DNA of 64,000 nucleotides, from assembly GCF_009914755.1 (NCBI RefSeq), contig NC_060929.1. One strand, written 5' to 3'. The DNA is from the human T2T-CHM13v2.0 reference genome, Homo sapiens. Of this stretch, positions 43,463 to 56,860 are shown piece after piece; position 1 is the stretch's first letter, and each line of letters begins with the position of its first letter. The position numbers and the translations under genes were made by a program. The notes under the pieces are model-generated. The model was given only the letters and a program-made list of their open reading frames with translations. It had not been told where the DNA came from and made no database searches.

Positions 43463-44885
43463 AAGCTTCTACATTTAAGTTAGACTAGAGTGGCTGCAGT
43501 GCAGATAAAGACATTGACAGTGCTGCCTGTCCTTCAAGGAGACGGCACAGGACTTACTGATGGACTCAGTGTGTGTGCTTGATAGGGGAGGGGCAAGACT
43601 GGAGTGTGGGAAAGAGAAGAGTCTACAGGGATAATTGCAAAGTACTTTACAGAGATGAGGAAGACTTAAAGAAGAAACAGGCTTGGAGGCCACATCAGTT
43701 AGGAATGAGTTGGGCTGCTAATGACAGAAAACCACACTCCAGGGGCTTGGACACTGATAGTTCCATTTATTTCACCTAACAAGGAGGCTACAGTTAGGCA
43801 TTTGATGGCTAACATCAGCTCAATGATACCATATAGAAAGACCCAGGCTCTTTCTCTATTTCCTCTCTGCCACCCTTAGTGTTTCAACTTTTATCTTCAT
43901 CTCTATTGCCTCATGGCCACCATACAGCTGCTGAATCTTTAAGCCTTCTATTCATGCTTCAGCCATGAAGAAGAAATGAGGGGAAAGAGCAGAACCAGGA
44001 GATATCTACTTATCTCATTGCTCAGAATTGTGTCACACAGACACCATCTGGTGTAGGAGTGCATGGACAATTGAATTTTTACCTTTGGTAACCTCATAGA
44101 GTGGGCAGAAAAAGAAAAGTGGAGTTGAAAATAGAATGTGACTCAGTCAACCTCTAATTCTTGCGACAAGGGCAAAACTCAGTTTTGAACATATTTATTT
44201 TGACATTTCCTGAAATATGTCCTGAGACCCAAGTAGAAATATCCAGTTTGCCGTTGTATGTGCACATTTGGATTTTAGAGGAGAGGTCCTGGCTGGAGAT
44301 GTAAATTTGATAGTCATGAGCATTTAGGTGGTATTTACAGGAATAAGAATGGATGCCATCTCCTGGGAAGACACCAGGGGGAGCACAGAGTCGGGAATCA
44401 AGAAAGGAGGAAAGGGAGGTCTAGAAGTTTTCCAGAAATTGTAGTATTTTGAGGATAAATTAATGAGGAGACTCTGGTATAGGTGGCTGAGAAAGAGTGG
44501 CCAGTTAGGAGATCTCTATATGGCATCATTGAGCTGATATTAGCCATCAAAAGCCTAACTGCAGGTTCCTTGTTAGGTGAAATGAATGGACTATCAGTGT
44601 CTAAGCCCATGGAGTGTAGTTTTCTATCATTGACAGCTCAACTCATTCTTAATACAGCCTCCAAACCTGTTCCTTCTGTAAGTCTTCCTCATCTCTGTAA
44701 AGCACTTTGCAATTATCCCTGTATACTCTTCTCTTTCCCACACTCCCAGTCTTACCCCTTCCCTACCAAACACACACACTGAGTTCATCAGTAAGTCCTG
44801 TGCCATTTTCTTGAAGAATGGGCAGCATTGTCAATGTGTTTATCTGCGCTACAGCCACTCCAGTCTAATGTAAATGTAAAAGCTT
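43463..44885. repeat. Inverted duplication: arms about 43463-43837 and 44514-44885
   Basis: The arms align as reverse complements over ~370 bp; the ORF track shows near-identical peptides on opposite strands (SKPVSSLSLPHLCKVLCNYPC versus SKPVPSVSLPHLCKALCNYPC). Confidence 0.93.
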
Positions 44886-44987
44886 AAATGTAAAAGAAGT
44901 AAAGTCCTATGATCTCTAAGAATGGTGGTTTGTGTTGTAAAATATGTGATGTATTGACATTTGTCCATTATAATTGATTATCCAAAG

Positions 44988-45435
44988 TGTCAAAAGATGA
45001 AATTTCAATAGATTAAGTTTAAAGATTGAGCTAGTTTTATCAGCAATTCATAAATCTGGCAGCATCCCATTTGAAGGTTTAAACAGGTACTCCATTGGGC
45101 TTGGCAGAAGAGTCCATTTTCATAAGGCAACTTAAGCAAGGACGATAAAACAGTATAATATAAAAAAGAGGATTGGTTAACATCAGGTTACTTTAGGTTA
45201 CTTTTCTTGCAATTACTGAAGCACAGGGGACTTCCTTATCATTCAGGCTAAAACTGGTCTGTTTGGGGATTTGGCTATTATCTCTCTTCTGATGTCTCAG
45301 AAAGTCAGATAAACAAGTTTCAGTTTGGTGGGATGGAGCTTTGGCCTGAGTGACTCCATTTACATTTGGTCTGTTGGAATCTAGTGCAAAAGCTCACTAA
45401 TCTAATCAATGGACTCGCATAAATTTCATTTAACA
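44988..45435 (-). mobile_element. ERV1 MER4-group solo LTR (MER72/LTR54-like)
   Basis: Minus-strand start tgttaaatgaaattt...ccaacagaccaaa...aatggagtcactca; TG...CA ends. Confidence 0.6.
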
Positions 45436-46324
45436 AGAGATGTAGTGAATATTTGACGTTTGTTTACTCTCTTTGACCAGAAAAGATAGTAAAAGAAGTA
45501 TTTAGTCAATGGTTCTTTACCTAATTCTTACCTTGACTTCCTTTTAAAATTAATTGTAAGTTCTTTATCAATTGCTGAGGGGAATAAAGAAATACATCAT
45601 TCAAGTTTCTCTTTTTACTATACATACCCTCCATTCTTCACCCCCTCTCCTATCCTGTCTTCTCTCCCTCCCTCTCTCATTTCTCCTCCTTCATCAATAT
45701 GCTTCCTCCACCTCTTTCTTCTCTTTTTTCTAACTCTATCTTTCTCTTGCCTTCAAATTCCTATCTCTTATCTGCATTCTTTATTACAGCATTTCTTTGC
45801 CTTCTCAAAATCTCAAAAGTAAAGCTTGTGCACAAGAAATAAAGATGATAAAGTCTGTCTGCATCAGTTGAAAGCAGCAGTTTCTCGTTTGGGTTACACT
45901 ATTTAAAAAAGGAACCACATGTAAACAATTTAAAAGGAAGGATGTTGGGGGTGGGGGAAAAGAGACAGTAGCATCGAATATACTGAGTATGACTTTGTTA
46001 CAGACACACTTAGGTGTGTTCACATTCCATGACTTACAGCCAGTTCAAGACTGGCCAGCATCCAGCAACAATGAGCACCTGATGTCTTGACCTTGCTTTC
46101 AGCCTCCAACATGAAACATTTTACTGCAATTTGCTTTATACTTCACTTCTCACCCTATTATTGATCTCCACAACAATTGGATCCCTGATAAGCCCATTGA
46201 AAGCCTTGCTTTACAACCTCTCAGTTACTTCTTTGACCAGGGCCTGTGGGCAGATTGGGATACTGGGCTCCAAGGAGGAGAGCTAAAAGAAATCAAAAAG
46301 GGGAGGTGATGCCTGTATCCACAT

Positions 46325-46761
46325 TGTTACAGGCTGGACGTTTGTGTTCTCTGAAATTCATACGTTGAAGCCTTACTTCCCAACGTGATGGTATTTGGAG
46401 GTGGGGCTTTGAGAGGAATTAATAATTAGGTTTAGATGAGGTCATCAGGGTGCAGCCCTCATGATGGAATTAGTGCTCTTATAAGAGAACAGAGTTCTCT
46501 CTCTTTCTCTCTCTCTCTCCTTCTCTCTCTCTCTCTCTTCCTCCCTTCCTTCCACCACCCCCTGCCCCCACCTCCCAGCACCATGTGAGGACACAACATG
46601 AAAGCAGCCATCTGCAGGCCAGAAAGTGGGTTCTTACCAAGAAACAAATCAGCCAGCACCTTGACCTTGGACTTCTCAGACTCCAGAACTGTAATAAATA
46701 AATGTCTATGGTTTTAGGCACCCAATCTATGGTCTTTTGTTATAGCAGCCCAAGCAGACAC
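46325..46761 (+). mobile_element. MLT1A/B-like MaLR LTR with (CT)n expansion
   Basis: aattcatacgttgaagcc...ccatgtgaggacaca...ttgttatagcagcccaagcagac. Confidence 0.82.
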
Positions 46762-47330
46762 ATGTTAAACTGCTATTCTAAGCCGTAATAACTTTTTCTT
46801 TAAATTCAGAGAGTGACAAGTCTAATATTTAATTTTTAGTGCTTACCTTACATGATCATTTTCTGGTATTGTACTCTTGCTCCCTCTTTTTCCCCACTTA
46901 ACATCCTTTGAAGCTTGCTTTTCTCTTGTACAACCTTCAGTGGAGTGGTTCTTCATGATCTTTCCTTGGTTCCCAGCTCCTTTTCCTATTCCTCTTTCCC
47001 TCGGTGATCAAGACATTTGTATTTGAACTCTTCTGCTCCAATATTTTTTTGAAGCATTTAACCATATAGCTCAGCATCTACTACTTATTTTTACCTGATG
47101 TCCTTCAGATATCTGAAATCCAACATGGGCCAAACTAATGGATTGGGGTCAAGATTGGAGTGTCACTCAGAAATAGAGATGGAACTGTGATGGAATAGAA
47201 GACTCAGAGATAAAGGGAGGATATCCATTGCATAGGTTACTTAATAATAATTTTAAAAATTTAACCATTCAAAATGTTCAAGTGTCATAAACATCAACCT
47301 CAAAATATCATGGTATCAGTATACCAAGTA

Positions 47331-47991
47331 TGGTAGTCTCCCTTATTAATGGGGAAAATGTTCCTGCACCTCCAGTGGATGTGTATATACACTATATTTT
47401 TTCTATATGTTTGTATCTATGATAAAGTTTAATTTATAAACTAGGCATAGTAAGAAATTAACAACAATAATAAAATGGAACAATTACGCCAATACTCTGT
47501 TCAAAACTTCACGGATAGAAATTCATTTTTACCATCAACTTTAGCTAACTCGGGATACAACTTTTTTCTTCCTTAAGTCAAGAACTTTTACCTTTCACTG
47601 AAAGGAAGCACTTTACAGCTTCTCTTTGCCATATCCGAATTGCCAGCATCACTCTTCTTGTGCATTAGGTGATTTTAAAGTAAAATAAGGATGAATTGAA
47701 CACCAACACTGTGAAATGTGACAGTCAATCTGATAACCAAGCCTGTCACTCAGTGACAAAGAGAAAGGAAGCATCTATGGCATGGAGATGCTGGACACAG
47801 GAATGATTCACATCCCAGGCAGGACAAAGTGAGATGAGGCAAGATTTCATCACACAACTTAGCGCAGCACACAATTGAGAACTTATTGAATTGTTTATTT
47901 GAAAATTTCCATTTAATACATATGGATCATTGTTGACCACTGAAAACTGAAACTTAGGAACGTGAAACCACAGGCAAGAGGGGACTGCTGT
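47331..47991. mobile_element. MER44 (Tigger7-derived) DNA transposon
   Basis: tatgataaagtttaatttataaa.taggca, aaggaagcactttac.gcttctctttg and gggggactgctgt terminus. Confidence 0.75.
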
Positions 47992-48569
47992 CCTGAGTAG
48001 TGGCATCTTCAACATCAATGCCTGACTCAAACAAACAGTGTGTGACTGCGATTCCCAGTCCCTGAAGCCAGGTGGTGTCACATTTGGAAAACAGTGTGTT
48101 TTTCCTCTTCCCTGGCTTCTGAGTGAGAAGCTCTAAAATGCACCACTGTGTATGTAGCAGCAAGAAGGGGTCCAGGGCCTGCTAGGCAGCAGGCTAGAGG
48201 ACTTGTTTGACAACTACAGGTGCATGGCTTAGTAAAGCCATTTATTTTATTGAATTCAACACTTTCATTTACTGCTTGTTTTTAAATCTTCTTAGGATAG
48301 TTGTATTAAACAGAAGCTAAAAATTGACGTTCAATGGAATATGTCATGAAAAAGAAAATGACCAAGAATTTTGGAATTTTTTCACTTTGAGTATCAGTGA
48401 ATATCTAAGATATCAGTAAAAAATAGGAAGACTGCAAATATATCTTGAATGAAAAGCACATGCTAGTGAACACCCATAGTGGGATGGAAAGGAGGTTGCA
48501 GAATATCAAGATTAGGAGACTTACAGCAAATGGCTTAGATGATCTAGCAGGGAAAAGTGCTTTCAGTCA

Positions 48570-49085
48570 TGTAACAAATATTTATCAAATGCCTATGACG
48601 TAGTAAGGCCTAGGAGCGCACTGGGGATTCAGGAGTGGGGTTGTTGGGTGAAGGTTGGAGAAATGGACACTGCCCCAATACTCAGAATGTTCACAAACTA
48701 CAAAAGAGGTATGCTATTTACAGGGGTTACTGAAGTACAATAATGGTACAATAAGGAAGCACATGGTGTAACAAAAGACCAAAGCCAGGGTGTAGGAAAG
48801 CTTTCCCATGGAAAGTGACACCTAAACTGATATCTGAAGGACAAGTAGGAGATAGCCAGGTAGAGGCTGAGGGAATGGTCCTCCAATAAGGGAGGAAAAC
48901 ATGTGAGGGTCCAGAGCATAGGGCGTGTTCAAGAATCTGAAAGAAAGTAAACACTTGAGCATCATGTGTAAAAGAAGGGTAAGAGGAAGGCAGTAAGCTG
49001 TGAGAAAAGCTCAGGTGATTCAGGGCTTTAAATAAGAAGTTAAGGAATTTGGACTTTATCCTAGTAATTGTGACATTTATGATAT
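48570..49085 (-). mobile_element. L2 fragment
   Basis: aacaaatatttat..atgcctat...gtgacacctaaactga..tctgaagga...ggaatttggactttatcct. Confidence 0.7.
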
Positions 49086-50346
49086 CAGAATATGATCTGA
49101 GAAGGCAGAAATGCTGCTGATTTTTCCAAAAAAAACCCACAAGGCATTGGAAGCAAAGAATTTCCGAGCTGCAATAGAATATGGGAAGCAAGATTTTGAA
49201 GTTGAGGACGTAAGACTTGATTTCAAGAAGCACATGTCAATGAGTTATAAGATAAATAGTGCTCTCCAGAGGTGTGTTTCTTTAAGCCTCTGCAGCTTTT
49301 AATTTAAATTCAGCTCCTGTAGTTTTGCATTTTAAGATTCTCCCAATAGAGAAGGGAATTAAGCAAATGAGAGAGCCTCAAACAAAAGGAAGCACAGAAG
49401 ATGGTAAATTGCCAAATGCAATCAAGGCTGGTGAAGGTGTGACTGCAGCTCTTGACCCACATTGTTGCCATGGAAACCAAAGCTCGGTGGTCCTGGAGTG
49501 CTTTCCCTTTAAAAGGACAGATTGGCTTTAGAGAATAGTTAAGACTGCAAATTATGGATGTTGGATCATCCATTGTCACATGTATTCTAAATTTTTGTTA
49601 GTGACGGAGACAATGGCTACCTGGGTCTGAGGTGAACTCCCCAGCAGCCCAGAGGCTGTCAAAAGCGTAAGACTGAGACTCAGTAAAGGGCAGAGTTTAG
49701 CTGTTGCCTCAGGCTCACTTCCCCAGCTCCATCCTAGACTAAACTGGACTGACATAGAAGAGGAATACAATGAGCTAGGTTTGATCTGTTAACAAATGAG
49801 TTTTAAAATGTCATATTAGGAGATATGAAACTCATTTAAAAACATACAAATTTATGTTTGGTGTTTTTCTTCCTAGGTATTTCCAAGAAGACTGTAGTTC
49901 ACTTTAAATGCCTAGCATTGGAGTGCCCTCTGTGCAACAGCACCGTATTTAGGCTTTATGTGAAGTATCTGTCTTAAATCACCAACAATTTCATCTCGCA
50001 GATATTGTTAATACTCCCGTTTTACAGGTGAGATGATTTGAACTTAAAGAAGTTAAAATTGGACCAAAGATCTTGGAGTGAATAAGAAATAGAGGCAATA
50101 TTTCAATCCAGGCATTCTGATGGGATTGACTTACTCGAGTTTTTTTTTTAATAGTATTATTAGTAGATGATAATATCTTTTGTCTTCACATCATGGAATT
50201 TTGAATCTAGAAAATAACTTGGAAATCATCTAGACTGACTTTCTTATTTTGAAAATGATAACACTGAGTGCCAGAAAGTTTATGTGACTTTCCTAAGTTC
50301 ACACACTGAATCAATGACTAACCCAGATCAGAATTCAGGGCTCCTG

Positions 50347-50480
50347 CAAAAAGGAATGCTGATACACTATTGGTGGGAATGTAAATTAATTCAATCTCTA
50401 TGGGAAACAGTATGGAAATAAATATAGAACTACCATTTGACCCAGCAATCCCGCTACTGAGTAATTACTTTAAAAGAAGA
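50347..50480 (+). mobile_element. Short internal L1 ORF2 fragment with TSD, inserted in a MIR
   Basis: ggtgggaatgtaaatta...tagaactaccatttgacccagcaatccc; perfect 17-bp TSD agaattcagggctcctg at 50330-50346 and 50481-50497. Confidence 0.85.
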
Positions 50481-51663
50481 AGAATTCAGGGCTCCTGGCT
50501 CTAAGGTAATTTTCAGTACATCTTGCTGCTATTCTATTGACTGTAAAAATGCAAAATGTGTTTGTTTTGTTTTGTTTGTTTGTTTTTTGTTTTTAAACTC
50601 AAGACTTCCTCATAGCATCCCTTTGAATCCCATTTCTTAGGACCTTTGTTTTTTATCTACTTTATTTTAGCTGGACGTTTTCTTCCCTACACCTAGAAAT
50701 GATGCTGATTTTTCCAAATGTTAAGTAAAGATAGTCGTAAGAGAGCTGAGTATACAGATTTCTTAGTGCATGTGACTCTTGTGTTGCTGGAGCTATGTAA
50801 TGAAGGCAATCAATCAGGAGTGGAGTGGTGTACAATATGTCCTCTTCTGGTCATTATTTCTTAAAATGTACTCCTTTGTCATCTTGTCTCATCTGGCAGT
50901 ATTTGTCTAGACTATATACACTTTAAACTCAATTATCTGATAAGAGAAAAACATAACCAACAGAAGAGGAACATTCCTGGTGAGGGGAAGAGGGAGGGGT
51001 GCGAATATGTTTATAACAACTGCATTGCAACAAGAACATTGAAGAGAATATTTGAATGAACAATTAGTGACAAAGTAAATATCCTCTCCAAGCTGGCATG
51101 AAGAGGGTCTGAAAGCTATCTTCAGTCTCTTTGTTCCAGACAAAAATCAAGGCGAATATTGTGATATGCCCAGGTGAGTCTCCTTTTAAAATGAAATGAT
51201 GAAAATGCTATAGCAAAGCAATAATTTCTGTTTCATTTACTAGAACAGCCAATTAAAGCTTAGAGCACAAGTTTGAAGGATGATAAGAAAAGTGAATGGG
51301 AGGGTGAAAATTTAGAAAAGGACAAATGAAGAGATGTACAAATAAAGAAGGCTTTGATGGAGTCATATAATCTCTTTGATTGTAATCAAAAGAGAACATT
51401 CTGTCAAAAATTAAAAACTCAGACATCTACAAGGGCTAGGCAGTGGACATATAGTTATGAAAGAGGCCTGCTGCAAGGCAGTGGTGCAAAGAGTCTTGCA
51501 TGTTGAGCAAGTAAAACAGCTGCCCTAGTTGTATTATCTTTTCAGACATTATGTAAGCCAAACAATAATCAAGCAAATATGTACCTTAGCTCTAACCAAG
51601 ATGTACTTAATTGTTTCCTCCATTCCTAATGCACCATGCACGTCTGTAGAGAGAGTAAATGTG

Positions 51664-52110
<447 letters not shown>

Positions 52111-53510
52111 CAAAGAAAAGCAAGCAAGCAAGCACAGAAAGGGTAAATACAGTTTTAATTTAACCTTCTAGTAAAAGTCATTTGTAATAAAACATTTTAT
52201 AGTTCAAAGATACATAGTGTTAAAGGAAACCAGAGGGGAAGTGAGAGGTTCATTTAAGAACGATTTTTCATTTCCTCTTTTAATTAGCTGCATTGCTTAA
52301 TATAGCAATACCTTCTTCCACATATGTTTAAAAAGAAAGCTTTGAGGCTCAATTTAGAATGCATCTTCTTGGTTGCACTTAGTGGAAAAAAATGAAAACC
52401 ATAATAAAGATTGTATATTTTCAACATGTATATTGAGGTCTTACTCTTGCCTCCTTTTCAAGGTCCAGATTAAATCCCAGCTCATTTATGATGGCTTCTG
52501 AAAAACAGCGGTACAAATAACCTATTCATTTTCTGATTTCTTTTTTTAATCTAAATATCCATTTTTTTCCATGTATCTAGCCATACACTCACCTAACAAA
52601 TATTCATTGAGAACCTATTTGCTGTCAGACATTGTGATAGGGACTGAGGGCTCAAACGTAAATAAGAACACCTCATGCCAACAGCCTAGATAAAATATAT
52701 ATTTAAAAAATCACACAAATAAATGCATAATTAGAAGCAGAAGTAAATGCTGTGAAGAAAATAAACCTGGTGGTTTGAAAGCTTTTAATTGAAGAATTTA
52801 AACTTGACTTATTCAAGCAGTCAGGGCAGGCTATTTAAACTGGATTATTAATGTATTAGTTATATAAACAGAATTTACCTAGAAAGAAAACAAAAGTTAG
52901 TGACTGCTTGCTATGGGGGAGGCCCATTGTTATAGAACTTTATCACCTGTGTTGGCTTGTTTATTTAAAAGAAAGGGCAAAATCTCAAATTGCTTTGAAG
53001 GGTTTATAAACTGCTACTAATAATAATTTGAAAGAAACAAAAATATTGGTTGAGAAAATTTCATAAAGACTAGTTTTCTCTAAAGATCTGGTCTGGTGTG
53101 AACTTAAATATGTTGAGGCAGTGTTAACAGAGTGCAAAAAATTAATGAATAACATATAGCAGACCTATATTTGAATCACACTCCTGACGGATATTAGCTA
53201 TGTGGCCTTGCGAAATTATTTATCCTCTCTGAACCTGGAAATCCACAGCTAAGAAATGGTAATAATAAGAACCTTGCCAGGTTACTGTAAAAATTGAATG
53301 AGATAACATATGCAAATGCCTTAAACATTAATGTTATTCATAACTGAGATGCATGTGAAACATTAATTTCCTGTATTACTTGACACAGTTACATTACCTA
53401 CCTATTGTTGGACTTTTCACCACTAACAACTACCTTTTATGATTTTATTCTTCAAAGATTCTTTGCTTTCAAACATTTTGCTTAATAAAATTTTGAGAAA
53501 TATGCCCACC

Positions 53511-53925
53511 TGTCCAAACCCAAAGAATGGACTTAGAGGCATGAAGAACAGTGAAGGTGAGACTTTTAATAACGTTCTGGCAAGATCAGTTGTCTGGAAG
53601 ACATGCACACCTGGGCAATTACAACAGGTAATTTATCTCTTAGCACGCAAGTCCCTCCCACAGTTCCTCACTGGTCAAGTACTATGGGGTTACAGTCTTA
53701 CCAGCTGTCGCCTAAGTTTCATTATCCCCCTTCCCTGCTTCAATTTCAACTTCCGAATAACAAAACTTTCTTCCCTTTTGTGGGCTGACCCCTCCTCTAC
53801 ATTCTGTTCATTTATTGTGACCTTCTAAGGGCATGAGCCATGTGGTTTGTTACATTTGCAGGCTGGCTGCCAGTGCTTAGATTTATCATGCCTTGAAAAT
53901 GGATCATTTAAAATGTTTTCTTACA
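53511..53925 (-). mobile_element. Probable ERV solo LTR (family not assigned)
   Basis: TG...CA bounded ~415-bp GC-richer block; minus-strand start tgtaagaaaacattttaaatgatccattttcaaggcatg. Confidence 0.5.
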
Positions 53926-54674
53926 AACTGAACTTTAATATGTAATATATTTCAAACATTTTTTATAATTATGTAATTTTAACCCACAACCAGAGCTTCT
54001 CATCAACATGATTACATTGACTTTATACATTTTCACATTAAAAACAGAAAGAACTACTTTTACTATTTTCATTTTTAAAACATTCAAAATAACTACTCAT
54101 GTTAACAGTCCCTTCAAAGCAGCTCTTGTCCAAATTCCTTTCCAGGAAAAAAATCAAGGGTAAGGATGCTGATGCCAGAGCAAAGTTAAGGGGTGCTGGG
54201 TTGGAGATTGATGAGATAGGTGCTCCTCCAATAACACTGAGGACCTCAGTTGGGTTCCTATGCACAGTAGAGATCAGCTAAATCCCTAGTTTCAATATGT
54301 GTCAAAGGAAAATCATATGCATTTGAACTCAAAACCGTATTCTTCATTGTTTCTGAGGTTTCTGTTGATTCTACTGTTAGGTCATTGACTCAAATGTTTG
54401 GCCTGATTCTGTTACAACAATGAACTCTCATTTTCTGAAAATTGTCACATATTATTTTATGAGTTCCAACACAAACTATATCAAAAATATTCACAGTTAG
54501 GTCTATATTTCTACTCAAAAGTCATCAGCTTTTTGTGTGCCTTGCTGCCTCTCCTTGGCTGTTACATTATGTGAGCTTCTCTTCTTGGAGCATTACTGAG
54601 TGCCTTGAGAATTTCTCTTGATGGATGCAGAAAGAATAAGTAAAGAGAAAATAACCTTAAAAATTGTATCTGCC

Positions 54675-55626
54675 AACCCACAGAATGGGATAAAATATTT
54701 GCAAACTATGCATCTGACAAAGGACTAGTATACAGAATCTACAAGGAATTCAAACAAATCAGCAAGAAAGAAAACAAGTAATCCCCTCAAAAAGTGGACA
54801 AAGGACATGAATAGACACTTCTCAAAAGAAGACATACAAATTGCCAACAAACACTTAAAAATGTTCAACATCACTAATCATCAGGGGAGTGCAAATTAAA
54901 ACCACAATGAGATACCATCATACTCCTGCAAGAATGGCTATTATGAAAAAGTCAAAAAACAAGAGATGTTGGCATGGATGTGGAAAAAGGGGAACACTTA
55001 TACACTGCCGGTGGGAATATAAATTAGTACAAACTCTATGGAAAACAGTATGGAGATTCTTTAAAAAACTAAAAGTAGATCTACCATTTGATCCAGCAAT
55101 CCCACCACTAAGTACCTACCCAGAGGAAAATAAGTCATTACATGAAAAAGACACTTGCACATGTATGTTTATAGCAGCATAATTCACAATTGCAAAGATG
55201 TGGAACCAACCTAAGTGCCCATAGACTACTGAGTGGATAAAGAAAATGTGGTACCTATACACCATGGAATGCTACTCAGCCATAAGAAGGAATAAAATAA
55301 TGTCTTTTGCAGCAACTTGAATGGAGCTGGAGGCCATTATTCTAAGTGAAGTAACACAGGAGTAAAAAAACAAAAACTGTATGCTCTCACTTATAAGTGG
55401 GAGCTAAGCTATGAGTACACAGAGGCATACAGAGTGGTATAGTGGATTTTAGGGACTTAGAAGCAGGAGAGTGGGGAGGAGGATAGGGATTAAAAAAACT
55501 ATACATTAGGTACTAAGTACACTACTCTGGTGACAAGTGCACTAAAATCTCAGAATTCACCACTATATAATTCATCTACATAACATAAAACACTTGTATC
55601 CCAAAAGCTATTGAAATAGCAATTTA
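54675..55626 (+). mobile_element. 5'-truncated L1PB
   Basis: ORF2 C-terminus ([10 protein letters not shown]...DLPFDPAIP) and L1PB-type 3'UTR; TSD aaaaattgtatctgcc at 54659-54674 and 55627-55642. Confidence 0.92.
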
Positions 55627-56743
55627 AAAAATTGTATCTGCCTTTATTTGGGTCACAACATGATGGCATGAGACTTTTTTCAATTATCACAACTGGTGAT
55701 AATCTATTTTCCCCCTTGCTGACTTGCTACTGTGAGTGTGTGTGCTTGCCTATGAATAAGATTGGCAGAAGAGGTTGTTGGCTGAGTCTAGGTAATTTAG
55801 GGTGTCAAAAGTCCCACTTACTGATCCCTACTGCCTATCACAGAGTCTGACACTCATGCCATTACAGAGTTTTTCTCCACTGCCAGGAGTCTCCAGTATT
55901 TCTTTATTTAAATGAACATATCCTCATACGATGTGCTTTTTAAGTATTATTCACAACCTATTACTTTGAAGAGTTAATGTTTCAGGTAAGTTACAAGGAT
56001 TTGGACAAGCAGTATCAACCATTTGAGAAACAACTGCTTTTTTTCTAAGAAAAATGGTAGCTTAGTGCAGGGTTTCTGGGAGTCTGGTCTTAGTTCAAGG
56101 CGAGAATACTATACAAGATTAGATAATTCGGGGTAAAAATATACTATTAAAGGATTTAGCCAAATGTCCTCATACTGCTTTGAAATTCTTGCCAGGGATT
56201 TTTTTTTTTAATCCCTGACTTTAGTCATTATGTCTGCCTAATTCACACCATTCACCCTTTCAATTCCTCAGCACAGTATTAAGCTAAGAATACAGACAGG
56301 TGAAGGGCAAGTCTCTGTTCTTGAGGGTTTACAGTCTACTCAACCTTATATCATATAATAATATTGCCACCCATCATCTGATTTGCACTGTTAAGCCTGT
56401 AAACTCTTGGAGCCCAGTAGCATTCTAGTACAACATGCATACAAGTGTGCATATGCCAGGAACCATTCTAGGCCATAGTCACACAAAGATAATCTCAAAT
56501 AACTCATAGATGACTGCAAATATCATATAAATAAACCAACGATTTTAGTACAATGTAATAAATGATATTGTTAGTAGAAGTGCAAACTCATAGCTTCATG
56601 AGCAAAGATGAGGAAATCTATTGCTGTCTGAAGAGTAAAACATGTCTACAGAAAGAAATTCATGTTGAGCTGAGTTTGGGATACAACACAAAACTTTATT
56701 ACCTTGGAACTTTCTGGAAAAATTAAGTAAAAGATACACATCT

Positions 56744-56860
56744 TTTTTTTTTTATTTTGACGCAGTCTCGCTCTGTTGCCCAGACTGCAGTGCAGTGGCA
56801 CCATCTTGGCTCACTGCAGCCTCCGCCTCCTGGGTTCAAGAGATCCTCCTGCCTCAGCCT
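56744..56860 (-). mobile_element. 5'-truncated Alu (part of right arm)
   Basis: Poly(T) plus partial right arm; TSD aagataYacatcttt. Confidence 0.88.
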
